From positions 16,804,001 to 16,868,000 of the forward strand of contig CM119371.1 of assembly GCA_051294905.1 (NCBI GenBank): 64,000 nt of DNA. Reading direction: 5' to 3'. The DNA comes from Botryllus schlosseri. Lineage: Eukaryota. How positions within the stretch are numbered: the stretch's first letter is position 1; every line of letters begins with the position of its first letter. Below, one piece after another: positions 13,758 to 28,559 of this stretch. Position numbers and translations under genes: made by a program. The notes beneath the pieces were generated by a model. The model was not told the origin of the DNA. It saw only the letters and a list, made by a program, of their open reading frames with translations, and did not search any database.

Positions 13758-14230
13758 TTGCAGTCTGTTGACACATTGCGTGAATATGATCAAGTTATTG
13801 CTTTTAATTTAGCTATTGGACAGCGTCTCTCATCCCATCCAGAATGTGCTGATCATTACAATGGCAGTCAATTTTCTATAGTTACTCGTGGCCGTTCTCT
13901 TCTTCATTTGAAGGTCCTGGAATCTTCGATCATAAAGCTGCGAAAGCCGATTCTCTGTCACCAGAACGAACGCCTCTACAATCTTGGAATATTTCATTGA
14001 TGTTGTGTGTTGTTGTTCTCGGTTATTTATATATGTACTCTTAACGTTTGTTTTGTATCATTACTACCGTATCTTGCCAGTCTACTTGAAAACCAAAAGT
14101 TGTTTGTTTTTGTTATTATTACTCCATACAGACAAAATAGCTCCTACATTTTGAATTCGATTCCCCCTATCACTGACGTTCGCTGCTGATGAGAGTCAGT
14201 CGAATATCCTTTAGTAAAATAAATGTAATC
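13758..14230 (+). mobile_element. Penelope-like retroelement 3' fragment (C-terminus of the GIY-YIG region plus 3' UTR)
   Basis: AIGQRLSSHPECADHYNGSQFSIV..R..L.VLES.II...KPILC.Q resembles the Penelope endonuclease C-terminus and the copy near 50160; CTGATGAG..GAA follows at about 14186. Confidence 0.65.
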
Positions 14231-14672
14231 GTGAGTAATCGTGATACTTTTCTATGTAGCCTAGACGTAATCGCAATAGATTATGTGGATTAAGTATAAC
14301 CACCCCATGTCTGCTGGACATGCGGATGTCTCTAATTTCTCGAACATGATTATAAAGCTTTAGCTCATTTCCCCATATGTTGGCTAACAAGGACATGCAA
14401 CCGTTATAAGTTTATCAAGCATACGTTGCACATGTTCTAAAATTTGCGAAATTCGCTTGAATATTTTCTCATTATTCGAGGCTTCGGGACATCTTGAGAT
14501 TGTTCATAGTGATATTTCTTCGCAAAATTGGTGCTGGGTCGATGATGTGGTAGCAGTTCGTGCCGTGAAATGGCAATGCGTCATCAAGAAATTACAAAAA
14601 CAGACTACCCATTGAGAATGGCGTCATGAACTTTGAGTCCCTTGTGTAGTCAATCAGTTATTTTAATTTAGG

Positions 14673-14938
14673 CAGAGGTGGTCAGTAACGAAGTACTTCT
14701 ACTTTTTGAAGTACTTGAAGTAGATTTTGCCTACTCACCCTACTTTTTAAGTAGTTATGATTTTAGATTACTTCTACTTCTACTTGACAGTTTTCAGTTT
14801 TGTAGGCAAAAATAAGCGTAGAATACCTACTTACTTACTTACTTGTGAACCACCACTCCTACTTCTACTTGAGTAGAAATTCCAGCGTTACTTCTACTTC
14901 TACTTGAGTAGCGACGGTGACTACTTTGACCACCTCTG
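14673..14938. mobile_element. hAT-type MITE (CTACTT-rich)
   Basis: TIRs CAGAGGTGGTCA / TGACCACCTCTG; TSD AATTTAGG/ATTTTAGG. Related fragments at about 21920-22040 and 23817-23975. Confidence 0.85.
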
Positions 14939-16742
14939 ATTTTAGGCATAGAATAGCCCAAATGGAGCTTGATGTGATGACGTACCAGTCATCGGCTTCC
15001 AGGGTACGCGCAACCACCCACAAAATGTAAATGGGCCCGCGATCAAAAAAGCCTTAGAACCCGTCATATAATCGGAAGAATTGAGCCCTGTTAATTCATT
15101 CAAGTGTAATGTAATCCCTAAGATTTTTCAGACTCTCTTCTCCTGCTATCCTGGAACAGAAAATCTATCAACGCAACTAAACTCGGTAACGTGCAAATGT
15201 GAGGTGCACTGTGCATATATAATCCAGCCAAAAGTCGCATACTCCTTTTTGCTCATGTACAAGGTGCATATATATTATTAAGTTCTATATATAGTTGATA
15301 CATAGTATGTATATTGTATGCTTTGGCGTATCAGGGTTGGCCAAACCGCATCTCGGGATCCGCATATTGCTCTTTGTATGGTCTCCAGCAGAATTGAAAG
15401 GCCAATATCTCAATTATGTTTATCATCCATATTCATGTCGGAAATGCCTATATTAGAGTTCCTAGCCTCGGAGTCGCGACCCCAACGTGAGAAGGCATTG
15501 CGTATATAGTATATAATATTAATCGGTACCAACGGTGCACACTATCATAAAGTACTGTGACACGTTGAGGACACATAAAGTTGCCGTTCAAAGTTGTTCA
15601 GTGTCGGCAATGATATGGTAATAGTCATTTTGCCTATATATGTATCGTGCGTCTCTTTTTTGCAACACCGGACAATATGCAGCTCCTATGCCGTAACAGG
15701 TTGGCCACCCCGGTATACGGTATGCATACACACAGCGACTCGGCCAGGAAGCGAATAGCGAATTCCCCCCTTCAAATTTTTGATTTTGACTTATTGTCTC
15801 CAAATTTTCGAACGCCCATCCGAAGTTTTCATCTTGGCTTTGTCGGCGTTTATAGTATTGCATCAAGTAATGTAGGTTGAGATGTCGTTGGTAATGCTAG
15901 AATTTACATCGAATCTCAGAATATACATCAAAGAATGAATCCACATTGGGCGAATCACGAAGTCAGCGCCTTGGCTGCATTTCTCTTTTGCGACCACAAA
16001 TATCACAAGGGGTTTTATGAATAAATAGGGATTTGTAACTGTGTTTATCATATCATGATGATTATAACTGTCGAAATGGGAAGGGGCGAAAACGCCGATC
16101 GCTGCGCCGATTGTCGCTATATTTTCGGAATTATCGACTGACAGATACGAAAAATAGTAATCTATATATTTGACTTCAATTAAATTTTGTGTCGTATATA
16201 TCGTCGCTCTCTTCATTGTACACTTCTTCTGATAATTTACCACCTGTAGGTTGAAAATATAATTGTCAGTCAAAACCACATTGATTTGGGAAGGATTTCG
16301 GTATACATATATTCAAAGACACATCAATAATTTGGGTCAAGTATACTAAATGCCCGGAAAAAAAGCCGTGGTCAGTGGGGAACACGGGATTTGAGATGTG
16401 GTGTGATGCAGTATGTATTTATTTATGTTTCACATGGGATGGAATTTGGCCGGGCCTCAAGTGTGTTTGCAGTATATACGGAACAGATGAATTTAAAGCC
16501 CGGAATAGGAGAGAAGGTGCGCTGTCCAAAGAAGTTTATATGGGGTGGCTTTGAGTTTTGACCAATCACGAAGGAGATAATCACATACCTCTCCTCACAA
16601 GGGGCGATAATCATCTACATGAAATGACTACGCATATCCTGCAAATTTATTTACACAGATTTGGCGAGAAGAAGTTACAACATTTTGAAATTGGTGGATT
16701 CGGGAGCTCTTCAGAATGTAATAATTAAATCATAATACCACG

Positions 16743-17282
16743 GTGCAAAAGAATCGCAGGCCTATAACTGCGCTACACGGTCTCACGAGTCATCATATCG
16801 CTAGAACTAAGTTAACTAATTATACAGTAACAGGGAGGATGCGGAAAGTCACCGACTCCCGACCTCAGGTAAGGCTAAACATACCATCAAAAATACCAGC
16901 GAAAGACGACCTAACAAGTACGGACGATGTGGAAAGCCGGGCGGGATCATCAGCCAATTACGATGGACATGCCAAACTCATGGACAGCCAGAATGAAAAC
17001 AATTATACCCACCGGTTGCACGCACTCTGGATAATGGAAAGCTTGTATAAGGTAAGAGAAACAAACTTATCTGATCTGGACACAAGAACCGGACACCTCC
17101 TGATGACTATCATGGTAAACCTTATATTGATATTAGTAATAATCTTTCTTTGTACGCATTATTACCGTAAAAACAAATTTACAAGATATTCTAGGTCAAT
17201 TATACGGCGAAATGATAATAAAAAGTTAGCGACGGTGATTTCATTTCGTGTAAGATCAAATTCAGAAATGAAAGAAGATTAA
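16743..17282 (+). CDS. Possible fragment of a single-pass membrane protein (may be a pseudogene or spurious)
   Basis: 179-aa ORF with a GTG start and one hydrophobic stretch (LLMTIMVNLILILVIIFLC) followed by basic residues; no family recognised. Confidence 0.2.
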   Translation: MQKNRRPITALHGLTSHHIARTKLTNYTVTGRMRKVTDSRPQVRLNIPSKIPAKDDLTSTDDVESRAGSSANYDGHAKLMDSQNENNYTHRLHALWIMESLYKVRETNLSDLDTRTGHLLMTIMVNLILILVIIFLCTHYYRKNKFTRYSRSIIRRNDNKKLATVISFRVRSNSEMKED

Positions 17283-18519
17283 TTTCGACTGAATGCGTAT
17301 AGGCAGTAAGAATAACGCTCGCGGCCCCAGTCTGCCGATATTCCCCGCAAATTGCTCACTACGTCAAATTTTAGTGACAGTATGTTTTTATATGCGAGTA
17401 TGAGCACGTACAGGGCAGCGCTGCGTGAGTGGAACTTATGCGTATGTTTGTCAAAACGAGAAGAATTGCATTATCGACATTTGCGATTCGGTAAACCCTA
17501 GTGTCGCCTGTGGTAAAATCATGATTGTTGTTGGCCACAATGGTCGGTCATTCGCACCCGGCTGATATTTCTTGTTTTTGATTCCGTGACCGCCGATTGT
17601 AGCACGGTACACCACTAGGCTTCCTTTTAAAAGACATCGCTTACGCGGATCACATGGCGACAAGGAGCTTAGAGAAACCTCCAACGCATAGGCAGGGGTT
17701 CTGGAGTCGACCCAGGTCGGACTCGAGCCCTCAACCCGTTGGTGTTGCCGCTGTGGATCATACCACTACGTAATCACGTCACGCAATCAAGAACGTAGTA
17801 ACCATGACATTGTTTGTAATTGTTAACGACATTTCTGCAGCAGTTCATTTCGCGCCGTAGATCAGGAAGTCGATGTGTATATATATGTAGTAACTGCGTT
17901 GTCATTTATGGGCATCGCCGTGTCGGCGATTATCCTAGATCAGTTGACGTATAGTGCAATCCAAAATATCGGACTGGGTATATTGAATTCGCAAAGTGAT
18001 ATAGGTCGCCAGAGCAACAGTAACCTAAATTGGAAATTTTGAAAGGGGCTGTCCGAGCTTCTAAAGTTGAAAACGGCAATGTTTTTGCCTCTCGTAGACA
18101 TGTTTGTACGCTTCCATGAGGAATTGCTCTAATCGTGTAAAAAAAGGGTTACTAACAGCTTGTTGCAGTATTGATCAATTCAGTGAAAATAGACATACTT
18201 GGCAAGGAGGCATAACTTATACCCAGAAGAGCCATATATGGCTCGCGAACCATAGTTTCCCACCACTGTTATAGGCTATAGTGGAGGGATATTGGGGTCG
18301 CCCTGGCGTACCAGACAAATTTTGTTTGAATATGATGCGTATCATCTTCCCTGCCGATTGTATATGTGCGGAGGGCTCAGATGCTGGAAGAGGTTACTAT
18401 GTTGGATTCAACTAGGAAATGTGGCATTGAATCGCGCGCAGGATGAGGGGAGTTTGTAGGATAATAAAAAAAAAACTCTTAAGAAGATGGGCATAATGAA
18501 ATACTTATATGAGATGGGG

Positions 18520-19112
18520 CAGAGTTCTCAAGCACGCGGCCCGCGACGCCATTTTGTTCGACACGCGACGGCATTTTGGATTTCGAAGTAATCGAATAAA
18601 GTAGCCGTCGCCCACGCTTCACAGCTGTAACACAAGTGGATTCTTGGCCGATTATAAATTAGTATTGCTGTGGCCCAGTAATCATTATACTCAATATGTT
18701 ATTGGTCTGTTCAAATAGTCGAAGCTATCAATCTTTGCAAAATTTTAAAATTCTCCATATAATCGCGTCACGTCAAGATTCCGCTATCTGCGAAATTATA
18801 GGGTAACGGCTTTTACGATGTCCTAATGCATTTGTACTCTGGCGTGGTGTCTACAATTATTTTTGACAAACTATGCCAAGTGCAACAACAATTTTATCCA
18901 GACATCTAAAAGGCTTATTTTGTCGTGCCGGGTGTGAATTCACAATAATAAATCACATTTTTTCGAAGCGTGTGGAATGTCAGTTTGCGAGGTCCCGTAA
19001 AATAAGGCCTACTTGGAAATACATTGAATTCCCCTATTATTGATACTGCGGCCCGCGGCGCCATAAAAATTAGGAAATTGGCCCGCGAGCACATTTGAGT
19101 TTGAGACCTCTG
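18520..19112. mobile_element. Charlie-like hAT MITE
   Basis: Ends CAGAGTTCTCAA / TTGAGACCTCTG with GGCCCGCG subterminal motifs; TSD is poorly preserved. Confidence 0.65.
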
Positions 19113-22100
19113 ATATAGGGCATGGACCTAGCATACGGCCTGCGAGAGTGCTTATATTCAAGTGCCATATGCCTATTAAAATAAGCAAAATTATGTTTGG
19201 TGCAGAACCAATATTATTTGGATGTTTTGAGAAGTGATTCTTTTTCCCTGCCAAGCATACATAACAAAATGGTAGGCTAACCCGCAAACACGTTTGAGTT
19301 TGAAACCTCTAAAATGGGGAAGCTGTAGCTAGTATGAAGTTTTTTTTGGTCCAACTCGCTCGCGACTGACGTCTGCTATGAATAATTAATAAGAAAAAAA
19401 CGTGCACTGTGGCACCGCGAGGATCGTTAAATTCCTAGTAAGACTGCACAGATTGGTAATTGATGGTTTTATTAATCGCGAGCGAACTGGGATTCTCTAG
19501 GTACTATTGGGTCGTTGCGAACGGGCTCACAGAAAGTGCCATAAACCCCGGATGCCCTAATATGAAACATCAGTAACCGTGGTGGGCCGCAGCATAACCT
19601 CGGATTTTGTTCCGGGAATAGGTTAACCTGGGTTCGACGCGTTGACAGCCCCAAGGATCGGACACTAAGTTTTTGCACGCCTTCGAACATTGCGAAAAAC
19701 AAGTGGAACGTTTTCTTTGGTAACATTTATCAAAATTAAAAACCTTTTTCCGCTCCTTGCGTAGCAGGCTATCATTTCTTGCTGTTCGTGATGTTAACGA
19801 GAATCATCGTCCGGTGTGCGGCTTTGCATTTGTGCTCGCAGGAACATCTACAACGGCAAAACCAAGGGGCCAATTAGTTAAGTCATTGTGGCGGAGGCGT
19901 TCGGCATAGAGATGGGCAGATCAATTGCATTGGGCCTCGGTCCATGAAAATTGACCGTCATAAAGGGTTGGGCAGAAAAGGTTGCATGATTTTTTTGTCA
20001 TAATAATAACCATTTGCGGCGGAAAAATAAAGGACGATTGGCCTTATCTGGTGGCTCATATTCTGGGAATCGAACCAAAATTGCAACTATTTGTTACGAA
20101 ATCACGCAAGCCAAAATTGTGTGTCGATGATCTTTTGTTTCCTGTACTGGATATCGCTATGGATGGTTTGTGGACGTTTCGCTCGCAGTATCGATTGTGA
20201 CGCTCGTCGTGCTGCAAGATAGTGTTGGCTAATTCCCGGTTGTGCATTGGATTGAGGGTAGCCTTGTATTTGTCGCTTGCTACCAGCAGAACGCCCTGAA
20301 TAATTGATGAATGTACTCTTCACAGTAATGGTCGAAATTTTCTTTATATAAGCCCTACACGTATATAGCCTACTCACGCTGATTACGGAGTATGTTTCCC
20401 AAAATTCCTGGAGGCTTTTAATTCTACAATTTCCAGCCTATAGGATAGTTCCTTGTACAATTGAAAGCTAAATGTAGTGCGTTTACATGAATGAGGGAGT
20501 GACTGTGGCTTGTGCACAAGTTCGGGTGGCACCATACCATGGTATTTTGCGCTTTAAAAACCTTTTAGTATGTGAGTTGGTATGCATGCATTAAACGACT
20601 CACCGGTGCCCAATAACACGAGTCCTTGGTGCATGAGATAGTTTTCTGGGGAGAGATTCCAACAATGGAATGAGCTTTGAATTTCCAGAAGCTTTTGGAG
20701 CCCTGTCGCAGCGACACCTGAAAAGGATCCACAGACTGATTTGACCCGCTGCGCTAAGCAAGTTTAAGCTAAATCCACAAAAAATAACTAGATGTTGAGC
20801 TACACCTAATGACGTCTATTCGATATGAGTATGGCAACTTCACTCTATTCCAGGGTTCTCAGGAACGTGGCCCGCAAGCATATTTTGGGGCCCGCATGGG
20901 CACTTTGAAGTGTTCGACAATATTTGGCAGCGGCGAGTCCATCCCTACCTTTTCAAATTGAAATTCTTTCGAAATATATGGTCCTGTCTAATATTGTGGC
21001 ACCTTAAATGCAGGACATAATGACGAGAATCCCAGTAGGCCTACGCCATCGTGGGTGTGCAGGTTTTATTTTAACGATGAAGTGTGCGGTTGGAGTGAGA
21101 ACTTTGGAGAATTATCAGGATCTTACGTTAGACCAGAATTCTTCAACTTCTTATCTTAGTCTCAGCACACCTTTGGATGGAGCCTTGTTCAAAACTCGTA
21201 CACCCTTGACCACATAAGAAACCACCATGGTTCCGAAGTCTATCCAGTTCGGTCGGGTTACTGCATTGGCAACATTTTGGTCATATATATACCCACATAG
21301 CAGATGGCTGAGTCCCAGCGGGGAACCCTCGGTCTTCGTACCATCTGGAGCAAAATGACATGGTGACTTGCCATATGGTAAAATGCACTCGGATAACCCA
21401 TGTGGTGTGCGATAGAAAAAAGGTTGAGAAACAAAACGTTCTCGCAGGCTGGTTATGCAGTAAAGTCGCGGGGGTAATCATCCACAAAATATTGGGATAG
21501 GAACTATTGGAGTCTATATCCAGCCTCAATTATATATATAAAGCCGAGTATTGGGGTTTTACATTTTACTGTCCAATGGACGTGTTCTCAGGAATCAATA
21601 AGACAATGTTGGTGCGCGGGCAGGATATACAATAGTTAAACGCCTATTTTCTTATTTATTATTGAACGGTGTCGCGGTTTAAAATAGAAAAAAACATTCA
21701 TGCTCGGCGGAGGCCGCAGCGTTTCTGAACCTCTCCCTCTTGGGTTTCTTAATGCGACCAGTCTCTAACTAACCCTCAAATTCGACAGTGTGATCGGCAA
21801 ATGGCCTAAAGGAGGGAATTGTTCCCGTCCTTAGATTGTGAATGATCCAGGCCCGAGGTTTCAGTTCTTCCTGCATCAGTATTTGTAGTTTTGTTGGCAT
21901 GACCGGTACTACTGTGTGGATTATGGTCAATAGCGGAGTACTTCTAATTTTCCGGAGTACTCAAGTAGTTCCTCTACTTCAAGTGCTTACTTAGGAGAAC
22001 CTGAATTTCGCTACTACTTTGCTTTTCGCTATTTTCAGCTTGTCAGGTAGATGTAGTTCAATCTCCCAATCGGCAGGACAGCCCGGAAGATTTCGGGGCT

Positions 22101-22339
22101 GTTCCCACGAAGCATCTCATAAGAGTTGAGGAAAGCCGAAAATTTTCGTCGCGCATCGCGCGTGGTGAATGCGGAATTGCCAGTATGATATTACCGGTTA
22201 ATATTTGGATTATTGGAGTACTTCTACTCGTACTTGAGTAGATGTGTTCGTCGCTAGTTCTATTTCTGCTAGATTGGCCTTCTTGACTGAGTTGACCGCC
22301 TATGATAATAATCGATATAATAAGACGCACAGTAATTAT

Positions 22340-22847
22340 TGGGGCTGGGCAAAATGATTCGGGTGCTCGAATCTGAATCGAGTAGTAATTTTAATGATTC
22401 GAGTCGAGTAGTAAAAGACGATTTTTTCGAGTACTGAAATTATACGGTCCTCGCAACTGAAAGTTAATTTACTGGCGAGAATTATAGCTTTGATACTATT
22501 TTCCACTGAGGAAGCCGTGAAACCTTGATTGGCCGTGTTTCAGCGTACCAGGCACAGTTTAAAGCTACGAACGTTACTGGAAATAACACATTTCCGAAGT
22601 CATTATCATCCAACAAAATTGTTAAGAATAAGTGCAATGCAATCGGTATGGTCGAAAAAATACCGAAGCATCTTTAATGTGATGGATATCAGGAATTAAG
22701 TTCTTTGTGGTGGCAGAAAAGGTTCATATTTGGACTTGGACATAGTACATCATGTTGTGACGTCATAATGAGTGATACTCGATTACTCGAAGCATATTGC
22801 GTGATTCAGAGTCGAATCACTCAGGTACTCGATTTTGCCCATCCCTA
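22340..22847. mobile_element. hAT-type MITE
   Basis: TIRs TGGGGCTGGGCAAAAT / ATTTTGCCCATCCCTA; perfect 8-bp TSD GTAATTAT. A shorter relative lies at 24990-25127. Confidence 0.88.
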
Positions 22848-24503
22848 GTAATTATAAGGACTAATCCACTCGATTACGGATTCGGAAATGTACCACTACT
22901 TGAATTGACAACCATCCTTACAATAACAAAAAATGTTACGATACCAAACCGGAAGGTTTGAACTGAACTATATGGGAATGGTGAATGATTTTTTACTCCA
23001 AGGCAGCTCAAACCTCGCCAAAAGCGTTGCCATTATTTTGGTGCGCGGACGGCTCAGTCTTGTCGCGTTAACGAACATGCTTCAAAGTAAAATAATTTCT
23101 TGCTTGATTAATGCAGTTTTTGATATCAGACATACGACAATCCTCGGTTTCCGTTAGTGTATTGCTGGACAGACGCCGTATTCTGAGCAGATGTTGCGGC
23201 CTGAGCGGATGCCGTTGTTCCCATGCTCTACTCCCAAAGGAACAAAATCATCGGCATCTGTTAGGTGAATTGTCACTTGCAGCATCGAGAATGGGGGGTG
23301 TACGTCAAGAGCTAAATGTGATTTTTACACACCATGGTATATGGGACATCCGGTTGGGTGACCACGCTAATACAGTAGAAGCCCTATAGCGTAATGGTGG
23401 GCTAACTAGAAAATTTTCGGACAGCTTTCTGCCTGTCTGGTAATCGCGCCATTAAAGGTTTCCGTTCACTTCTTATTTGCCGTCCGACGGTCGGCTAGCA
23501 TGTCCATTGTCCGCGTTCAAGTCGAAATACGGGCAATTGAATGCAGTCCGTGCCCAATATTGCAGGACCACGACTGACCTATTCAATCAATCTCGCTCCC
23601 CATGACATATATATATAGTCGCTTTTTGTCCTGACATATATATATAGTCGCTTTTTGTCCTGTACTATCTTATTTACCCTAATTCAGTGTGCATTGTCTA
23701 GGCCGAGGTGGGAGTCTGATTCCCGAACCACTTCGACATACTCCTGTCCTACAAACCGATCACGTTTTCATGATGCATCGGACTTAGAGAGTTGCTGGTA
23801 AATCAATAATGATGACCAGAGATGGTCAATAACGCACTTTCTCCTCTTTATTGAGGGAATTTGAATTGGTTTTTGCCTGTTCGTGACTACTTTCTCTGGA
23901 CACCACTCTTATTTCTACTTGAGTAAAGGGCCCGACGTTGCTTCTACTCCAGTAGCGACTGTGACTTTACCACGAAAGACCTTGGAGACTTGTAAACTGA
24001 CCTCCAATAAATAACACAATGCCGAAAGAAATTATCATTACAAGAAATTCAGCAGGCATTGCTAAAGAGACACCTTTGATGACGTCACATTCTACGTGCT
24101 GCTCCCCGTGAAACATGCGACAAAGTCCCGACAATAAATCTGTTAAAACAACAGGAATTACGCGTCTGATATGATAACTAATTCCATTGCCCGACGGTAG
24201 TTGGAAACTGTGTGAAACTGTGTGCGGCAAACAATATTGACAAGGTGTGTTGGTTCTACTTTCACGTGACCTGTTGTTGCATGCAAACGGGGAACTCTGG
24301 CATACTATGCAGGGTGGGAGCAATGGGCTTAGTTGGCAGGGGTGCTTCGCGACTCAAATGGTGGAAATTGCTTTAAAGGGAATGTTTGGAGACGGAATTA
24401 TTGGCGTTTGGTGTAAAAAATCAAAACAAAACTCATTACATGGCTCAGCTTTATGTCTAAATTACATTAAAACCGCTAAAAGCCTTTTAGAGGGGCTTTT
24501 TAA

Positions 24504-24653
24504 TGACAGGTATGATTGAAAATTCAAATGAGGCCTGGGACTAATGTGGATAATGTGTTGAGATTTTGTTCCAAGTGACAGGTATGATTGAAAATTCAAA
24601 TGAGGCCTGGGACTAATGTGGATAATGTGTTGAGATTTTGTTCCAAGTGACAG
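24504..24653. repeat. Perfect 72-bp tandem duplication
   Basis: TGACAGGTATGATTGAAAATTC...GTTCCAAG starts at 24504 and again at 24576. Confidence 0.95.
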
Positions 24654-27086
24654 ATTTCCATTAATGGCCGTTGGTAGGACATCCATTTCCAGTAAATTAT
24701 TCATAGGGAATCCAAAAATAAAACTAGAATGCCTTGCCCTTAAAGAATAAAAAGGGAATAATTGATTTAACATCTACTTTGAAAAACCTCTATATAAGAC
24801 CACCGACTGTGGCGTTGTCACGACAGTACGCTGGAAGTATCTACGGGGGCAGGATGAAAGATAGCTATACGGGCTTACTTATGGTGTTAGGGCGAAGCTA
24901 TGCCCGAAGTTAGAGTGACTTTCTGAACACTAAACTGTAAGTCTATATTGCTGACGGGGGCCTTTGTTGTATTTAAGACATGCTATTAATGGGGCTGGGC
25001 ACCATGATTCAGGTACTCGAGACTGACTGTGACATCACAATGAGTGATGTTCAAACGCTCGTTCGACTTGAACATAATGCATGATTCTGAATTAAATCCC
25101 ACAGGTTTTCAATTTTGCCCAGCTTTAGCTAGTGGCTATTAGTGGGGATAACAATAAATAAATAGGATAACTGGTATCTGAATCATACAATAGGGACGGC
25201 CTAGCTAAGTAATAGGTGGGGCCATGCACGATAGGAACCATACTCCACATACCTTATCTGTGGTTTGGAGGGAACGCCACTCTCTGTAATAGTAAAGGCG
25301 TTCACGATCAATTGGGTTTTGTTTCCGCACCACGTACGAAGAAATATTGGCGTTTGACACAACAAAATGTTCCTCGAAGTTATCCAGGACTAAAATAACA
25401 GGGAGAGGGTGCCCCTTCACATCGCTCGGGTTTGTGAGATCGGCAAATGCATTCCAGGTTCACCAGTCCCGTCTTGTGAGGCCTGGAATCAGCGAGAATG
25501 CGCAATAGCCCAAACGGTGGGTTGGTGATTCTTCGCTAGGTTCCTGGTGCTGCAGATTTTTTTTCAGCATTGAAGTCGTGAGTGCGTTACGAAATTCCCG
25601 GATTGAGGCCACGCCTATCTGGAAGTGTTGGATCAGCGGGAGGCTATGTCCAGTTCTGAGATATCTAGTAAAGAGCACATGGTTGGGAACCGACTTGGAT
25701 AACTGGCTAATTCTAGTGGTCTAATTTCACTAAATTAGAGTAAAATACAAGTGATCTAATTCTGATCTAATTTAATATTTTACTGAAAATGCTTTGTCTG
25801 CAGCACTTTTGCGCTAAGTCAACAAGAATGTCCCTCTTGCATAAGTAAATCTGTTGCCAACTGCTACCGCATTACTTTAACGTTACATCGTCCATGCGAT
25901 CAGGGTGGTAATTGTGACGATGTTAGTACAACGCCGAAGCCGCTTCGGGTTTCTGCTAGTGCGGGATAAAAATGGTAAGACACATGCAAACAGGTGAGTG
26001 TAGAAGGGTCAAAGCTAGGTGTACAGACGTTGAGCGTACTCATGCTCATGGGAATGCACAGTAGTTTGATATCAATTGAACTCAGTAAAAAAAACTGCGA
26101 TGCCCCAATCCTAATACTAGCCTAATCTGAAAAGACTGAAAATTTTCTGGTTGGCCAAGCCTTGTTGAGGATTCAGTGATGCTCTTACAGTTGAACTGCT
26201 GGCCTAATCCGCACGTAAATAATAACACATTGAGAATTAATATCAGAGCGGAAGTTACCTAGGGGGAGTGCCATAGTAATTAACTTCTAATGAATTCCTT
26301 AGGGGTAAAGGAGTTTCTTTACCTAGCTACTTTACCTGCGTTTTTTTTTTTTTTTTTTTTCGGTAATGCCGGTGCGTTGGACAGGTAGTGTTTTACGGGG
26401 GTCTGAGAGTTGTAATTGTTTCCCAATAACTACGGTTGCAGGTAGCACTGAATGCATAGAATTTTTTTAGCCAAGCATACATAGTAGCAAGGTTATCAGT
26501 GCTCTGCGTTCGGACACCGTATTGATAGTATTTAAACCATTTCATGATAGCTGGTTAATGTGCTTTGGGAGCGCAATTTTCATAATAAAGAAAGGAACCT
26601 ATAACAAGTTCGTTACAGTTGATACCTCCACAGATGATAATAATTTACTTAGCACTTACTCGGAAATTATATTTCCTGCTATTATTAAAGTGGCATTGCA
26701 TTTCTGGACTGTTACCTGAAGAGAGCAGTATAAGTCAAACATAATTGCAATGATAATCCCTTATAATATTTGCCTTTTTTGTGCCAGAACATATTCTCGT
26801 TACAATTTTTGCTGTTACACTGGGGATCTGTATTGATGCGGCAGATGCGAATGAATGCTGACCCCTTGTGGATTAGATTTATGAGAGTGTCGAAGCAGTA
26901 TGTGGACTGATTTGGTTTATGTTTTCTTTTTATTTAACACTGTTCAGCGGAGGGCTCTGTTAAAGGGGTTGGATTGAGCATACACAACGCTTACATCAGT
27001 GAAGGTAAGAAATAGTGTCAATTGTCAGCAAATAATTGGACAAGCAGATTAGTACATATATGATACCTGGTATTGTTTCTCTAAGC

Positions 27087-28376
27087 CAGGGGTCGCCAAC
27101 TCAAAATGGGTTGCGGGCCACTTTTCAAAATTCCTAGAGGCCGCGGGCCGCATGACATCACTATCGAGATTAAAGTAGGCAACGCAGTTTAACAACCACG
27201 ACTGATAACTCTACGTTAGTACAATGCTGTGCTCTCTAGCATGGGCGACGGGCATAGTCTCCACAAAAGAAATAATATTTTATTGAGCAAACACAAATCC
27301 AACAAAAAATATCAAGATCATCAATTTCATTATATTTTGAACTATGAGCTGTGCACAACAACACTCTGTAGCGCAAATAAAACAGGGGTGGCCAACCTAT
27401 TTCCTATTCACGGCCGCATTTCAATTACTCAAATAGTCTGCGGCCGCATTCCGGTGCATAGTCGTAGTGAACTAACTGGGGCAAAATGGAAAATACCCAC
27501 GTTAGACTGTCCATGTCCATCGCCGGTACACTCCAGACTAATATATTTACGCATATCGATTTACTGTGCGCACCGAAATCGTCATAATAAAACGAGACAC
27601 GCGGATTAGACCTGCAGTCGCGCGAAGCGCGAAAAATTTTTCAGGTTCATGAGTGAATTTCGTCATTAGATATTGGTATAGTTTCATATATCGCGGTAAA
27701 ATATTTATCCTTTTTCGGCCAATGTGATCTGATTCAGCGGTAGAGATGATGCAGGGATTGTCTTCGAAAACGTAGGGAAGTTATTAATGCTGTGCTGCAT
27801 CTTGGTTGGGTCAATTCTTATTATTCCCCTCTGTTGCATGCAGTTATTTCTTGACCTCCCATCAGATTTGTCGAGAGTCAATTCGTAAATTCAAGTTGCA
27901 TATTGACGGCCGCCAACATACCTAATTGAATTAAATGTCGACAGCCGCCTAATTTTCCTTCTACTGTCGCAGATTGGCCACCACCGGATTAAAAAAAATC
28001 GATATTTGGGTTAGCTAGACACGGTAGTCTACTTGCTGGAAAACGATCTCTTCGTAAAGCATGGTCTTTTGGAGAGCCCGAAGTCGTTTTTCACGGGTCT
28101 AGATCTTGGCAGTGGTGGACCATTGCACGTCAAGGCAATATGCCCATTCATACCAGCTAATTGTCCCTCCATGGAATGATATTATCATGCCGAAGCCGTA
28201 TATCAGCAAGTGAGGAATAGTGATATTGGACACAGCAGAATGGCTTACTTTGAAGAACAACAAAAATATCAATTTCAGCATTTCAAAATGCTTCACTAAG
28301 CGTTCTTCGAAATTTTTCCAAATCAGGCCGCGGGCCGCAAAATATGACCTCGCGGGCCGCGTGTTGGTGACCCCTG
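27087..28376. mobile_element. Charlie-like hAT non-autonomous element with a nested second MITE (about 27383-27986)
   Basis: TIRs CAGGGGTCGCCAAC / GTTGGTGACCCCTG; perfect TSD CTCTAAGC. The inner element starts CAGGGGTGGCCAA. Confidence 0.9.
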
Positions 28377-28559
28377 CTCTAAGCTGTCATTGTACGTAAC
28401 GAAGTAGAATTTCACACTGCTTGACAATTGTAGTGGGTTTCTGATAGATTGGCATAATTAGTATTTGGAACAGAGCTAAGATAGTGATTACTTAATCTCA
28501 GTCATTAAAAAATGCCTATATTGGTAAGGATAGAGACTAATTGAAATTTTATTTGCCAT

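Noticed and set aside
23970..25690. Additional Penelope-like remnants on the minus strand
   Set aside because: Only vague Cys/His and KQNPID-like similarity; too decayed to support a call.
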